From: Bacteroidales bacterium
GTDB lineage: Bacteria > Bacteroidota > Bacteroidia > Bacteroidales > WCHB1-69
NCBI GenBank assembly: GCA_016290715.1
Contig: JAEEUY010000233.1
Location: 1 to 37,292, forward strand
Direction of reading: 5' to 3'
DNA: 37,292 nt
The notes beneath the pieces are model-generated. The model saw only the letters and a list, made by a program, of their open reading frames with translations. It made no database searches and had not been told where the DNA came from. Numbering within the stretch: the first letter of the stretch is position 1; the number at the start of each line of letters is the position of its first letter. This document shows, one piece after another, positions 18,646 through 27,131 of this stretch. A program made the position numbers and the translations under genes.

Positions 18646-18653
18646 CAAAAATA
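18646..18653 (-). promoter_or_regulatory. -7 promoter box (TATTTTTG on the minus strand) for the 48-aa lipoprotein operon.
   Basis: Plus-strand caaaaata lies 25 nt upstream of ATG 18621. Confidence 0.45.
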
Positions 18654-18672
18654 ATTAAAATATAATTAAGTT

Positions 18673-18680
18673 TATATTTG
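18673..18680 (+). promoter_or_regulatory. -7 promoter box TATATTTG for the Omp85-like gene.
   Basis: It matches TAnnTTTG, 30 nt upstream of the TTG start at 18711. Confidence 0.45.
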
Positions 18681-18710
18681 ATGGATGATAATTTTTGAAA
18701 TTCTTGTTTT

Positions 18711-20273
18711 TTGAAAATTAAAACGTTTTTTTGTGGGGTTTTATTGTCTTTTTTGTTGTCTTCTTCCTTGTTGATGGCACAGAAAAAGAATGTGTTTTCA
18801 CCCAAGGATGTCCTTCCCAAAAAAGAGTATTACATTGCAATTCCCGACTCGCTTTGGCCGATGATGGAACAAATCTCCGTGCATCGTTCCATCAAAAAAA
18901 GGTTGATTCCAGTAGATCAATACGGTTTGATTGCAGAAAGGATAGTTACCTGTTTGGAAAATAATGGATATCCATTTGCCGAAGTATCGCTGGTGCCACA
19001 TTATGGAAGCGATGATACTATTGCATCTTTGCAAATAGTTAAAAATAAGTATATTACATTTGACTCTGTGGTCGTGAAAGGGGATGTGAAGTTGAGGAAC
19101 GCCTTTTTATTGCCTTTTTTGGATTGGCATCCGCATAAAAAATATGATGAAAGGGTGGCAGCCCAAATATCATCTCGTACTCATTCGCTTGCTTTTGCAA
19201 CGGAAACCTCTCCGGCTGGAATAGAGTTCGTCGGAGACAAAGCTTATTTGTACTTGTTCCTACAACGTCAAAAAGTAAACCAGTTTGATGCCTATTTGGG
19301 CTTGGTGCCGGTTAGCGAGAAAACAGGCAAAACAATGATTACGGGAGAGGTGAATTTGCATTTGCAGAATATTTTTGCCATCGGCGAAACATTTGATTTG
19401 CAATGGAAAGCGCCAGCGCGTTATTCTCAGTATCTCTTCTTGCAAGCCGATTTTCCATATCTTTTCCGGTTGCCATTGGGTGTGAAAGGCACTTTTTTGT
19501 TGGATAAAAAAGATACCAATTATTTGAATGTGAATTATTTACTTGCACTGAAGTACTCTTTCAACGGAACGAATTATTTGCAAGTCTATTTCGATCAACT
19601 CAATTCAAGGGTCTTATCCTCCTCTTTGAATCATCAATTGCCCCAAGATTCATTATTGGGCAATTATCGTCAGTCTATGTATGGTATTGAATTGGTTTAT
19701 AGGAAATTGGATAATTTCATACAACCTCGGAAAGGCTTCTCCTTATTGTTTAATCTGAGCGCAGGACAGCGTAAAATGGTTTCAAATACAATTGAAAATG
19801 AGTCTGTTTATGCGGATGTACCATTGCAGCAAATATCTTATCGGGCGATGTCCGATATTTGGGGTTACTTTGCATGGGGAAAACGGTGGGGGGCTGTCTT
19901 TCGGTTGAATGGGGCGTGGCGTAGTGGGCGAGCCGCTCTTTTTAATGAACTTTTGAAATTCGGCGGTGCCACCACTTTGCAAGGGTTTGACGAATTGTCG
20001 CTTTCCGCTTCAGCTTATGCGCTGGCAATGGCGGAACTCCGTTTTTGGTATGCCCAATATTCGTATATCAATGTTTTTATGAATGGGGCTTGGTATGAGC
20101 GGAAAATGACCCAATCTTATTTTGCTGATTTCCCGTTTGGTTTTGGCTTGGGTATCACATTGTACACCAAAGCCGGTATTTTTTACCTGAATTATGCCTT
20201 GGGACAACAGAAAAACAGCCCGCTCTCTTTTAAAACGGGGAAAATTCACTTTGGAATGAAAGTGCAGTTCTAA
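18711..20273 (+). CDS. Omp85-superfamily (BamA/TamA/TpsB-like) outer-membrane protein with a POTRA-like N-terminal region.
   Basis: 520 aa. The only in-frame start giving a signal peptide is TTG 18711 (MKIKTFFCGVLLSFLLSSSLLMA|Q). It has a POTRA-like segment YITFDSVVVKGDVKLRNAFLLPFLDWHPHKKYD, a barrel region with GGATTLQGFDE, and a C-terminal ...HFGMKVQF ending in Phe. Confidence 0.6.
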   Translation: MKIKTFFCGVLLSFLLSSSLLMAQKKNVFSPKDVLPKKEYYIAIPDSLWPMMEQISVHRSIKKRLIPVDQYGLIAERIVTCLENNGYPFAEVSLVPHYGSDDTIASLQIVKNKYITFDSVVVKGDVKLRNAFLLPFLDWHPHKKYDERVAAQISSRTHSLAFATETSPAGIEFVGDKAYLYLFLQRQKVNQFDAYLGLVPVSEKTGKTMITGEVNLHLQNIFAIGETFDLQWKAPARYSQYLFLQADFPYLFRLPLGVKGTFLLDKKDTNYLNVNYLLALKYSFNGTNYLQVYFDQLNSRVLSSSLNHQLPQDSLLGNYRQSMYGIELVYRKLDNFIQPRKGFSLLFNLSAGQRKMVSNTIENESVYADVPLQQISYRAMSDIWGYFAWGKRWGAVFRLNGAWRSGRAALFNELLKFGGATTLQGFDELSLSASAYALAMAELRFWYAQYSYINVFMNGAWYERKMTQSYFADFPFGFGLGITLYTKAGIFYLNYALGQQKNSPLSFKTGKIHFGMKVQF

Positions 20274-21028
20274 TTTTTCCTGCCCCAAGTTGTACGGAGT
20301 TTGCAGATCTCTTTCAGTGTATCCGTATTGTAAATAAGTGAGCAATGTTCTGTCTCTGTTTCCTTATGCGTGTAAATGGCATACCGGTCTCCGATTCTGG
20401 CTTGTTGGGTATAATTGATAATCAGCCCTTTTAAATCATGGCTATTGATGAAATCTATCGGATAGCTATCCAATAGCCATCGTGAATAAGCAGTGTTATT
20501 GACGTGTTGGTTGTAATCCAAATCGGAATATAGTACTGGGTGAATAGGGGCTTGCCAATCTTGGGGAAGGGTGATTTTAGGAATTTTAAGATTCATCTCT
20601 ACGCGGTCATCATCCACCAGATTCGACGTGAGCTTTTCATTCATAACATCTTGTAGGCTATGAGTGGCAAATTTCTCGCTATCGAGAATGGTCCACAAAG
20701 TGTGGGCTTGGATAAGCAGCTCCCCATTGTTGTCAGTAATTCTGAAATTACGGGGCTGGATGACATTTATGGGAGGATTGGCCCATGTCGTAATTGTAAT
20801 TCTGTCGTATTTTTTGGGCATACGAAAAATTTGCAAGCCAAACCGATAGATAACCCAGAAAAAGTTTTGTTGATGCAATTCCTTCCAACCCATTTGAAAA
20901 CTATCCACGTGCTCATCTGCAACAGTCTGCATGCATCCCATAAGGGGTTGTATTTGCATTTTGAAATTATTATCAATCAAATGTGATTGAATATCAAATT
21001 GTTTTGAGAAATAATGGTTGGAATTCAT
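20270..21028 (-). CDS. Acyl-[acyl-carrier-protein] thioesterase (FatA/B-like, double hotdog).
   Basis: 252 aa. The overall pattern (FDIQSHLIDNN..., FFWVIYRFGLQIFRMPKYDRITITTW, second repeat with DLDYNQHVNNTAY) is typical of bacterial acyl-ACP thioesterases. Confidence 0.7.
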   Translation of the reverse strand: MNSNHYFSKQFDIQSHLIDNNFKMQIQPLMGCMQTVADEHVDSFQMGWKELHQQNFFWVIYRFGLQIFRMPKKYDRITITTWANPPINVIQPRNFRITDNNGELLIQAHTLWTILDSEKFATHSLQDVMNEKLTSNLVDDDRVEMNLKIPKITLPQDWQAPIHPVLYSDLDYNQHVNNTAYSRWLLDSYPIDFINSHDLKGLIINYTQQARIGDRYAIYTHKETETEHCSLIYNTDTLKEICKLRTTWGRKN

Positions 21029-21049
21029 ACATCTTTGTTTTTAATTTTG

Positions 21050-21057
21050 CAAAAATA
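21050..21057 (-). promoter_or_regulatory. -7 promoter box (TATTTTTG on the minus strand) for the thioesterase gene.
   Basis: Plus-strand caaaaata lies 22 nt upstream of ATG 21028. Confidence 0.45.
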
Positions 21058-21098
21058 CATTTTTATTGATAGTCGGCAGTTAATTCCGTAAAAATAAG

Positions 21099-21106
21099 TA
21101 ATTTTG
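21099..21106 (+). promoter_or_regulatory. -7 promoter box TAATTTTG for the hflX/QC/lysC operon.
   Basis: It matches TAnnTTTG, 29 nt upstream of ATG 21135. Confidence 0.5.
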
Positions 21107-21134
21107 CACTCGCTAACTTTTAGACAGAAAAAGG

Positions 21135-22331
21135 ATGAAAAATAATCAATTGGCTGCTGATGTTATTGAAGAACAGGCTGTATTAGTGGGTGTTGCAACG
21201 CCAAATTGTCCTTTGGAAAAGGTAACGGAATATTTGGATGAGTTGGCATTCTTGTTGGAAACAGCCGGCGGCATTGCCCAAAAAAAGTTTGTTCAGAATT
21301 TGCCGTATCCTGACCCTAAAACCTATTTGGGAAGTGGCAAGTTGGTAGAGGTGGCCGATTACATCAAAGAGCATAAGATTGATCTGGCTGTCTTTGATGA
21401 CGAGCTGTCTCCTTCGCAAATTCGGAATGTGGAGTCGGTGTTGATGTGTAAAGTATTGGACAGAACACATCTGATATTGGATATTTTTTCCAAGCGGGCA
21501 CAAACCGCACACGCGAAAGTTCAAGTGGAATTAGCACAGTATCAATATCTTCTACCTCGACTGACGGGTATGTGGGGACACTTGCAGAAGCAGAGGGGGG
21601 GAATCGGAATGCGTGGCCCTGGTGAAAAAGAGATAGAAACAGACAGGCGTATTATTCGCGATAGAATCTCTCTCTTGAAGCGCAAATTAATGGATATTGA
21701 CCGTCAGAAATCCACCCAGCGGGGAAATCGCGAGCAGTACGTTCGGGTGGCGCTGGTGGGTTATACCAATGTGGGGAAATCCACTTTGATGAATCTCATT
21801 AGCAAATCAAATGTGTTTGCCGAAAATAAGCTGTTCGCCACTTTGGATACAACGGTTAGAAAGGTTGTGATTGATAATCTTCCCTTTTTACTCTCTGATA
21901 CAGTGGGCTTTATTCGGAAACTGCCCCATAGTTTGGTTGAATCTTTTAAATCCACTTTGGATGAGATTCGCGAAACTGACCTGATTCTGCACGTGGTTGA
22001 TATTAGTCATCCCGATTTTGAAGAACAAATAACGATTGTCAATCAAACGTTAGAAGAAATAGGTGCCGGCAATAAGCCTGTAATTACCATCTTTAATAAG
22101 ATTGACAATTATACATGGGTGGAGAAAGCCCCTGATGATTTGACCCCCAAAACGAAAGAAAACATTACGCTTGAAGAACTTGAGCAGACATGGATGGCCA
22201 AAATAAATCATCAAACCGTGTTTATCTCTGCCAAAAAGAAAGAAAATATTGAAGAGTTGAAAACTGTTTTGTACGAAGAGATAAAAAAATTGCATATTCA
22301 GATTTATCCGTATAATAACTTTTTGTATTAG
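21135..22331 (+). CDS. hflX: GTPase HflX.
   Basis: 398 aa. It has the HflX N-domain with QRGGIGMRGPGEKEIETDRR, G1 GYTNVGKSTLMN, G3 DTVGF and G4 NKID. Confidence 0.93.
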   Translation: MKNNQLAADVIEEQAVLVGVATPNCPLEKVTEYLDELAFLLETAGGIAQKKFVQNLPYPDPKTYLGSGKLVEVADYIKEHKIDLAVFDDELSPSQIRNVESVLMCKVLDRTHLILDIFSKRAQTAHAKVQVELAQYQYLLPRLTGMWGHLQKQRGGIGMRGPGEKEIETDRRIIRDRISLLKRKLMDIDRQKSTQRGNREQYVRVALVGYTNVGKSTLMNLISKSNVFAENKLFATLDTTVRKVVIDNLPFLLSDTVGFIRKLPHSLVESFKSTLDEIRETDLILHVVDISHPDFEEQITIVNQTLEEIGAGNKPVITIFNKIDNYTWVEKAPDDLTPKTKENITLEELEQTWMAKINHQTVFISAKKKENIEELKTVLYEEIKKLHIQIYPYNNFLY

Positions 22332-22348
22332 AATTAATTAGTAAAATA

Positions 22349-23338
22349 ATGAGATATTCGAATTTATTTTTTGTCCTGTTTTTGGGGGTGAGTATGATGA
22401 GTTTGTCGATGTGCAAGAATAAACAATCAGACCAGATTGGGAAGTCGGAGGCAGTAACCGCACCCGATTATGACGCAGATTCGGCGTTTTACTTTGTAAA
22501 GTTGCAAACCGACTTTGGCCCTCGTGTACCCAACACGGCGGCGCACGATTCATGCGCAGATGCCCTAACGCAAGTTCTGTTACAATATTGTGATACCGTT
22601 ATAAATCAAATATATAGTGCCAAGGCTTATAACGGAACCACTTTGCATGGTAATAATATCGTGGGTGTCTTTAATCCCGAAAAAGAGAAGCGTATCCTTC
22701 TTTCTGCGCACTGGGATTCTCGTCATGTGGCCGACCACGATCCGGTGGAAGCCAATCGTAAACAACCGATCGATGGTGCTAACGATGGCGCAAGTGGAGT
22801 AGGGGTACTCCTTGAGTTAGCCCGCCAACTTGCCATGCACCGGCCGGAAGTGGGGGTGGATATCGTTTTGTTTGATTTGGAAGACTATGGGCCGGAAGAG
22901 GGATACAATGCCCCTGAAGGAGAGTGGTGGGGATTAGGTTCACAATATTGGGCTAACAATCCTCATGTCGCTGATTATAAGGCAAATTATGGCATACTCC
23001 TTGATATGGTCGGTGATCCGTCCGCCCGCTTCCGCTATGAGTATTCCTCCTATATCTATGCCAACGATGTGCAAAAATTGGTGTGGAGTGCGGCTTATAA
23101 ATTGGGTTTCTCTTCCACTTTTGTTACCAAACAATCGAATCCGATTATTGACGATCATACTTACATAAACACAATCGCTAAGATCCCTATGATTGATATC
23201 ATCCACCAGGAAGATGGCACTGGAACCGGTTTCCCTGCCACATGGCATACGTTGAATGATAATATCAGTCATATTGACAAAAATATGCTCGCCACAGTGG
23301 GTAAAACACTTCTTTATGTTATTTATAATGAAAAGTAG
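22349..23338 (+). CDS. Glutaminyl-peptide cyclotransferase (type II, mammalian-like QC with an M28 fold), lipoprotein.
   Basis: 329 aa with lipobox MSLSM|C. Metal-site regions are HWDSRH, DGANDGASGVGVLLELAR and FDLEDYG. The QC hallmark WHTLNDN is near the C-terminus. Confidence 0.8.
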   Translation: MRYSNLFFVLFLGVSMMSLSMCKNKQSDQIGKSEAVTAPDYDADSAFYFVKLQTDFGPRVPNTAAHDSCADALTQVLLQYCDTVINQIYSAKAYNGTTLHGNNIVGVFNPEKEKRILLSAHWDSRHVADHDPVEANRKQPIDGANDGASGVGVLLELARQLAMHRPEVGVDIVLFDLEDYGPEEGYNAPEGEWWGLGSQYWANNPHVADYKANYGILLDMVGDPSARFRYEYSSYIYANDVQKLVWSAAYKLGFSSTFVTKQSNPIIDDHTYINTIAKIPMIDIIHQEDGTGTGFPATWHTLNDNISHIDKNMLATVGKTLLYVIYNEK

Positions 23339-23341
23339 GTT

Positions 23342-24640
23342 ATGAATGCGAATTTTGATGATTTTCTGGTTTTTAAATTTGGCGGTGCTTCTGTAAAAGA
23401 TGCGGCTGGCGTTAAAAATCTGGCACATATTCTCCAAAAATATGCACATCAGCCATTGTTTGTGGTTATTTCGGCAATGGGAAAAACCACCAATGCCCTT
23501 GAGCGGATTTTGGATGCCTATTTTTATGGCAAAGAGGATATCCTACCACTTTTTGAGCAATTAAAGAATATGCATCTGTCTATCGCCCGCGAGCTGACCC
23601 CTGAAAATGAGAGAATTATTGCCAAGTTGGATGCAATTTTTAAAAAATTGGAAGAAAAATTAAGTGAACCGCATTCGGATAATTACGAGTTTGAGTATGA
23701 CCAAATTGTATCTTTTGGGGAAATATTATCCACTAAATTGATTTCCACTTACTTGAATATTATTGGAATTAGAAATCATTGGTTTGATGTCCGGGAATTG
23801 TTGCTGACGGATCGTACTTATATGGAAGCGAAAATCAAGTGGGAAGAGTCGGGCATTGTTTTGAAATCGGCAATGGCTGAAGTTCTGGAGAAGAAAGATG
23901 AAAAGTTGTTTATCACCCAAGGGTTCATTGCGGGTGCAGGAGATGGGATTTCTACGACTTTTGGGCGCGAAGGTTCTGACTATTCTGCTGCTATTATTGC
24001 TTATTTAATTGATGCAAAGAGTGTTACTATTTGGAAAGATGTCCCCGGTTTGTTGAATGCCGACCCTAAATTTTTCCCTGATGCGGTTAAATTAGATGAA
24101 ATATCTTACGAAGAAGCTATAGAGTTATCTTATTACGGAGCCACCATTATTCATCCAAAAACGCTTAAACCTCTTCAAAATAAGGGGATTCCGTTGAAAG
24201 TGAAGCCGTTTATGAGTCCAGATGAGCCTGGTTCTGTGATTACGGCCGTTAAACAAACGCATTTTATCCCCTCCTATATCTTCAAAAGAGATCAAATTCT
24301 GATTACGATTTTCCCCAAGGATTTTTCATTCATTTCGGTGGATAATCTCTCTGAAATTTTTGCCATTTTATCTCAGAATAGTGTGAAAATCAATTTAATG
24401 CAAAATTCGGCATTAAGTTTTTCAATTTGTACTGATAATAAGATTCATCGCATAGATAATGTTATTAAAATGTTGAACAATAACTATTTGGTCAAATATA
24501 ATGAAGCGATGGAATTGGTTACCATTCGGCATTATACTGAAGATATTGTAAAGAAAATGAAAGCGGGACGCAAGGTTTATGCGGAACAGCACTCCCGTAC
24601 TACAGTGCAGTTTGTGGTGAAAATGAGCGGAACTAATTAA
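23342..24640 (+). CDS. lysC: Aspartate kinase (monofunctional).
   Basis: 432 aa. It has the FKFGGASV N-terminal kinase motif, an amino-acid kinase fold with GREGSDYSAA, and C-terminal ACT-like repeats. Confidence 0.9.
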   Translation: MNANFDDFLVFKFGGASVKDAAGVKNLAHILQKYAHQPLFVVISAMGKTTNALERILDAYFYGKEDILPLFEQLKNMHLSIARELTPENERIIAKLDAIFKKLEEKLSEPHSDNYEFEYDQIVSFGEILSTKLISTYLNIIGIRNHWFDVRELLLTDRTYMEAKIKWEESGIVLKSAMAEVLEKKDEKLFITQGFIAGAGDGISTTFGREGSDYSAAIIAYLIDAKSVTIWKDVPGLLNADPKFFPDAVKLDEISYEEAIELSYYGATIIHPKTLKPLQNKGIPLKVKPFMSPDEPGSVITAVKQTHFIPSYIFKRDQILITIFPKDFSFISVDNLSEIFAILSQNSVKINLMQNSALSFSICTDNKIHRIDNVIKMLNNNYLVKYNEAMELVTIRHYTEDIVKKMKAGRKVYAEQHSRTTVQFVVKMSGTN

Positions 24641-26180
24641 TCCGCCTTAAATAAATTGTACCTATATTCCCTTCGTATTTTGTCTGGTTAAATAATGAGG
24701 GGTCAAAATTGAGCACACTTTTTCCAATGCAATCCTTTTTAAGAAAAGGACGATAATTGATGGAATGGTATTCCAAATTCATATTGGGAAGCGAATCTGC
24801 AGGAGTGGGGGAGAATTGCACTATATGGTCAAATTTGACTTTGTTCATAGAGGGGGCTGAAATCTCAAAGTGATTACATGGTTGGTTGCAATAAAGGTTG
24901 AAATGCCCGTTTTCATCGCTGTAGGTATTCATTCCTATAGACCAGTCATCGTTCCATCCGCGAATACATGCTCCTTCAACGGGTGCTCCATCTTTTTCGT
25001 CAAGAAGGATTCCGCTTATTTTTAAATTATTGTAACCAAGCATATTATAGTAGTTTGAGGGACATTTTACATCTTTTTTCTGATAGTCGTTTAATAAAGA
25101 ATCAACGAGATGGGCAGCAGGTTTCAATGTGCCTGATATAATGTCGCCTTGGGAGGTGACAGTGGTCCCCGAATGATTCAGCAGTCCGGTGTGGGCTGCT
25201 TCAAATTGGTCGGCGTTCGCATCTTGAAATTGCCACCAGCCGAATCCTGAAGCACCCAAATCTTTTGCATATTGGAACAGCTCGCACAGAAATATCCGTT
25301 GGTCATCATAACTGATGGAATCGTTGTCGGCGGGGAGCCCCGTTTCCCCAATCATCCATGGTTTGTTGGCGTGCGTGGCATACCAATAAATTTCACTGCA
25401 CACCCGAAGCGGATGATAGGTGTGTATCTCAATGAAATCAACGGGCAGCATTGTCGGATCCCATTCAAAAACCTCTATTGGCTCCGAAAATCCGATGGTG
25501 AAAAGTTGGCGGGGAGCATATTTATGCATCATTTTCTGCCAATTTTTACAGATTTTTTGTGCGTCTTTCTTCGTCCGTTTTGCTTCCGGGTCGAAATACA
25601 GAGGTTCATTGAAAAAATCGTATGCAAATATGGTCGGATTATCCTGACAATGTTGTAGCAGCCTTTTAGTGAACTTTTCAATGGAGGAATTCTCTAATGG
25701 AGCCTTAATCAGCAACATAATGTGCAAGTTGTGTCGCTTTGCAGAAGCTAAAAAAGTGTCTAATCCTTTTAAAATCGCTTCTACATCCTGTTTCTTGTCA
25801 ATATAAAAAGGACGCTTGGCACTATAGTAAAACTGCCCGTTTTCATCGCATTGCATTCGGTCAAAACAAACTCTGATGGTATTGAACCCCATCTCTTTAA
25901 TGAGGTTTAAATGCCCATTCAACTGTTTTTGGATGGCTTCTTTGTCGGTTGCTTCGTAATAGTCAATGGAATCATAATCTATGCTTGGTCCGATGGTGAA
26001 ATCATCCCCATCGTTATAGTATTCCACGACATAATTCAACATCATGGGGAAAAAAACTTCATCATTCAGTTCAAAATGATTGTTGCGGATGGTAACAAAT
26101 TGCTCTTCAAAAGTGTTTTTGGGCTTGCATGCAGAGAATGTTAATAGGATGAGAATGAGCCAATAAACATATTTTTTCAT
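24633..26180 (-). CDS. Glycoside hydrolase family 5 lipoprotein with a C-terminal carboxypeptidase-regulatory-like domain.
   Basis: 515 aa with lipobox LTFSA|C. It has NTIRV, the acid/base motif FAYDFFNEP and the nucleophile motif WMIGETG. The later stretch ISGILLDEKDGAPVEGACIRG...SDENGHFNLY is CarboxypepD_reg-like. Confidence 0.7.
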   Translation of the reverse strand: MKKYVYWLILILLTFSACKPKNTFEEQFVTIRNNHFELNDEVFFPMMLNYVVEYYNDGDDFTIGPSIDYDSIDYYEATDKEAIQKQLNGHLNLIKEMGFNTIRVCFDRMQCDENGQFYYSAKRPFYIDKKQDVEAILKGLDTFLASAKRHNLHIMLLIKAPLENSSIEKFTKRLLQHCQDNPTIFAYDFFNEPLYFDPEAKRTKKDAQKICKNWQKMMHKYAPRQLFTIGFSEPIEVFEWDPTMLPVDFIEIHTYHPLRVCSEIYWYATHANKPWMIGETGLPADNDSISYDDQRIFLCELFQYAKDLGASGFGWWQFQDANADQFEAAHTGLLNHSGTTVTSQGDIISGTLKPAAHLVDSLLNDYQKKDVKCPSNYYNMLGYNNLKISGILLDEKDGAPVEGACIRGWNDDWSIGMNTYSDENGHFNLYCNQPCNHFEISAPSMNKVKFDHIVQFSPTPADSLPNMNLEYHSINYRPFLKKDCIGKSVLNFDPSLFNQTKYEGNIGTIYLRRIN

Positions 26181-26189
26181 AATGTTATT

Positions 26190-27131
26190 CTATTTGATTT
26201 TGGGAGTATTATTGGAAAGTGTTTTCTTGGCAACGACAATGCTCACGTTTAAATCGAATCCAATAAGAAGAAAAATGGAATTCCAATAGATCCAAAGCAT
26301 AATGGCAAAAATGGCACCTAATGAACCATAAATCACATTAAAATTGCCAAAATTGGCAAAATAGAAATTCATGATTCCTAATATGAGTACGGTGAAAATG
26401 CTGGCGAGGGTGGCTCCTGCCGAAAAAAAACGGTATTGCTTATGTTCGGGAGGCGCTATATAGTAAAAGGCAGAGATGGAAATATACATGACAGAAAGCA
26501 ATAATAGCCATTTGAATACCTGTATTACAGTGTAATACAATCCGTTGGATTGAAAAAGGTGATTGTCTATATAGTTGAATCCGATTTCGGCTGCAATGAA
26601 TATGCCAGAAGCGATGATGACTGTAATCAAGGCACAGAAACAGATGAGCAGGGCGATCCCGATTTGTTTGAAAAAAGAACGTTGCTTGCTTTGATAATAG
26701 GTTGTGTTCAAAATATTTAAGACAGCATTGACGCTAATTACAGCTAAGGTGAGCCCTAAAAAGAAAGAGATGTACAATCGGGTTCCGTTTTGTTTGGTTA
26801 CCACTTCGGTAATCATATTGGAAATGGCTGGCCAAACATAACTGGGAACGACAGATTCGGCGAAATTGAGAATGGTGAGTTGGATATTTTCGCTTAAATA
26901 GGAAATGACCGAAAATAAAGCCATGATAATGGGAATGATGGCAATAAATATTCGGTAGGTCATCGCAGCTGCCCGATGAAAAATAATGCCTTTTTTCATC
27001 GATTCAATGAAAAAAATCGCCATTTTGTTGATGGGCACTCCTTGACATCCGGGGAGGGAAGCCGAAGAACAGTAGTTAATCACTCGCTCTATCCGACTAT
27101 TTTCGCGTAAATGATGGAAAATTTTATTCAT
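26190..27131 (-). CDS. YihY/BrkB-family inner-membrane protein.
   Basis: 313 aa. An N-terminal soluble stretch is followed by about 6 TM segments, and ...YGSLGAIFAIMLWIYWNSIFLLIGFDLN is typical of the YihY family. Its start overlaps the upstream stop by 8 nt (ATGAATAA). Confidence 0.75.
   Translation of the reverse strand: MNKIFHHLRENSRIERVINYCSSASLPGCQGVPINKMAIFFIESMKKGIIFHRAAAMTYRIFIAIIPIIMALFSVISYLSENIQLTILNFAESVVPSYVWPAISNMITEVVTKQNGTRLYISFFLGLTLAVISVNAVLNILNTTYYQSKQRSFFKQIGIALLICFCALITVIIASGIFIAAEIGFNYIDNHLFQSNGLYYTVIQVFKWLLLLSVMYISISAFYYIAPPEHKQYRFFSAGATLASIFTVLILGIMNFYFANFGNFNVIYGSLGAIFAIMLWIYWNSIFLLIGFDLNVSIVVAKKTLSNNTPKIK

Noticed and set aside
18596-18820. A 74-aa minus-strand ORF across the divergent promoter region.
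   Set aside because: It overlaps the start of the Omp85-like gene in antisense and the 48-aa lipoprotein start out of frame. The sequence is AT-driven and low-complexity (KKDNKTPQKN...). The promoter boxes fall inside it.
21595-21601. A G7 homopolymer in hflX, considered as a slippage or frameshift site.
   Set aside because: It encodes the conserved HflX QRGGIG motif in an intact full-length frame. There is no sign of a frameshift.
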